Origin: Azolla caroliniana
Taxonomy: Eukaryota; Plantae; Polypodiophyta
DNA: 64,000 nt
Assembly: GCA_043228905.1 (NCBI GenBank)
Contig: JBHGNT010000016.1
Coordinates: 17,050,001-17,114,000 of the forward strand
Direction of reading: 5' to 3'
Under the pieces are notes generated by a model. It was not told the origin of the DNA. It ran no database searches and saw only the letters and a program-made list of their open reading frames with translations. Positions 63,089 to 64,000 of the stretch are shown piece after piece; the first letter of the stretch is position 1; each line of letters starts with the position of its first letter. Made by a program: the position numbers and the translations under genes.

Positions 63089-64000
63089 TGAGATTGAATG
63101 AGGGGTTTAAGAAAAATCCTTGGCAGAAACAAGTGCGAAATCAATGATTATCCAACCAATTAAATTGTGATTCTTCAGGAAGGGTGGTATGACCTCAATT
63201 AAATGAAGGACTTCATTCTCGTGGAGCTAGACAACAAAACCCTAATATTGTTGGAGGGGATGTATCACACACGAATCCTTATGCAGCTCTTGAACAAGTA
63301 GTTAGTATATTCATGAATACACTTGCTCAAAAAGAGCAAGTTCTTACTAAAGGTGTTAAATGAAAGTGGTATCATGGAATGTGCAAGGGGCATCTTCTCC
63401 TCATAAGAAATATATATTATGGAAAACTTTATTTGATAAAGAATGGGATGTTATGTGCAGTTGAACATAAGTGTCATGATTTAGCAGGATCTGTGTTACA
63501 TTTACGTGGATATTCCGCATATTATGTAGGATAGTTATCATATCATTACTCAGGGGTTGTCATGATTATTTGTTATTTGTTTTGTCCACATATAGTCTAA
63601 AATGATCCATATGGACGTTTTTTGGTGATGGAAGTCAAGTATTTTGAGGATTTGATATGGTTGGTAGGAATCTATGCACCCAATAATGTCAATCAACGCA
63701 TTGAGTTATGGTCTTCAATGTATCCACGGTTATTAGTGGGCCGTGTTGGTTTGTTAATGGGTGATTTTAATATGTGTGTTGATGCTTCACAATCTACTTC
63801 ATGATTCTCATTGATGGAGTCTCCTGAGCAAGCCATTTGGGACAAATTGGCATTAGAGGTTTTGAAGTTGGATGTATTGAAATGGTTGCATCAAGATGAG
63901 GTTGGGTTTACATTTCAGTCTATGCAATATAAGGAAACATGGAGTATGTTAGATAGAATGTATGTTATGTATGACAAGTCTTTTTTGCTAGAGATGCTTA
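63086..64000 (+). mobile_element. L1 fragment (APE region of ORF2 from 63360), same family as the minus-strand L1
   Basis: MKVVSWNVQG, VGIYAPNN, LMGDFN, WSMLDRMYV. Confidence 0.85.

Overview
Eukaryotic, plant-type genomic DNA. The mix of Tcn1-like chromoviruses, RTE-X-like LINEs and a long TE-filled intron suggests a fern or other seed-free plant (inference). There is one host gene: an intact 4-exon NRT1/PTR (NPF) transporter at 23403-35118 (+), about 600 aa. It lies between two deeply nested retroelement clusters. Left cluster (1-20 kb): a Tcn1-like chromovirus is interrupted by tRNA-Trp-primed non-autonomous LTR elements and by an RTE-X-like LINE. That LINE holds a second Trp-primed element, which in turn holds another chromovirus and a 587-bp non-coding insertion with a 62-bp target duplication and a type I hammerhead ribozyme (Penelope-like/retrozyme signature). 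Right cluster (36-64 kb): an L1 LINE is interrupted by two related Ty1/copia elements, one intact and young. The older copia contains a non-chromovirus Ty3/gypsy with a large extra 3' ORF. Most notable findings are the hammerhead insertion, antisense tRNA-like A/B-box modules in the LTRs of several unrelated families, the Trp-primed family with 4-bp CG-centred TSDs, a self-priming PBS and a -1 frameshift signal in the chromovirus, heat-shock elements in LTRs, and a Gag swap between the copia copies. All calls were made by eye from the sequence and the supplied ORF track; no database searches were run.
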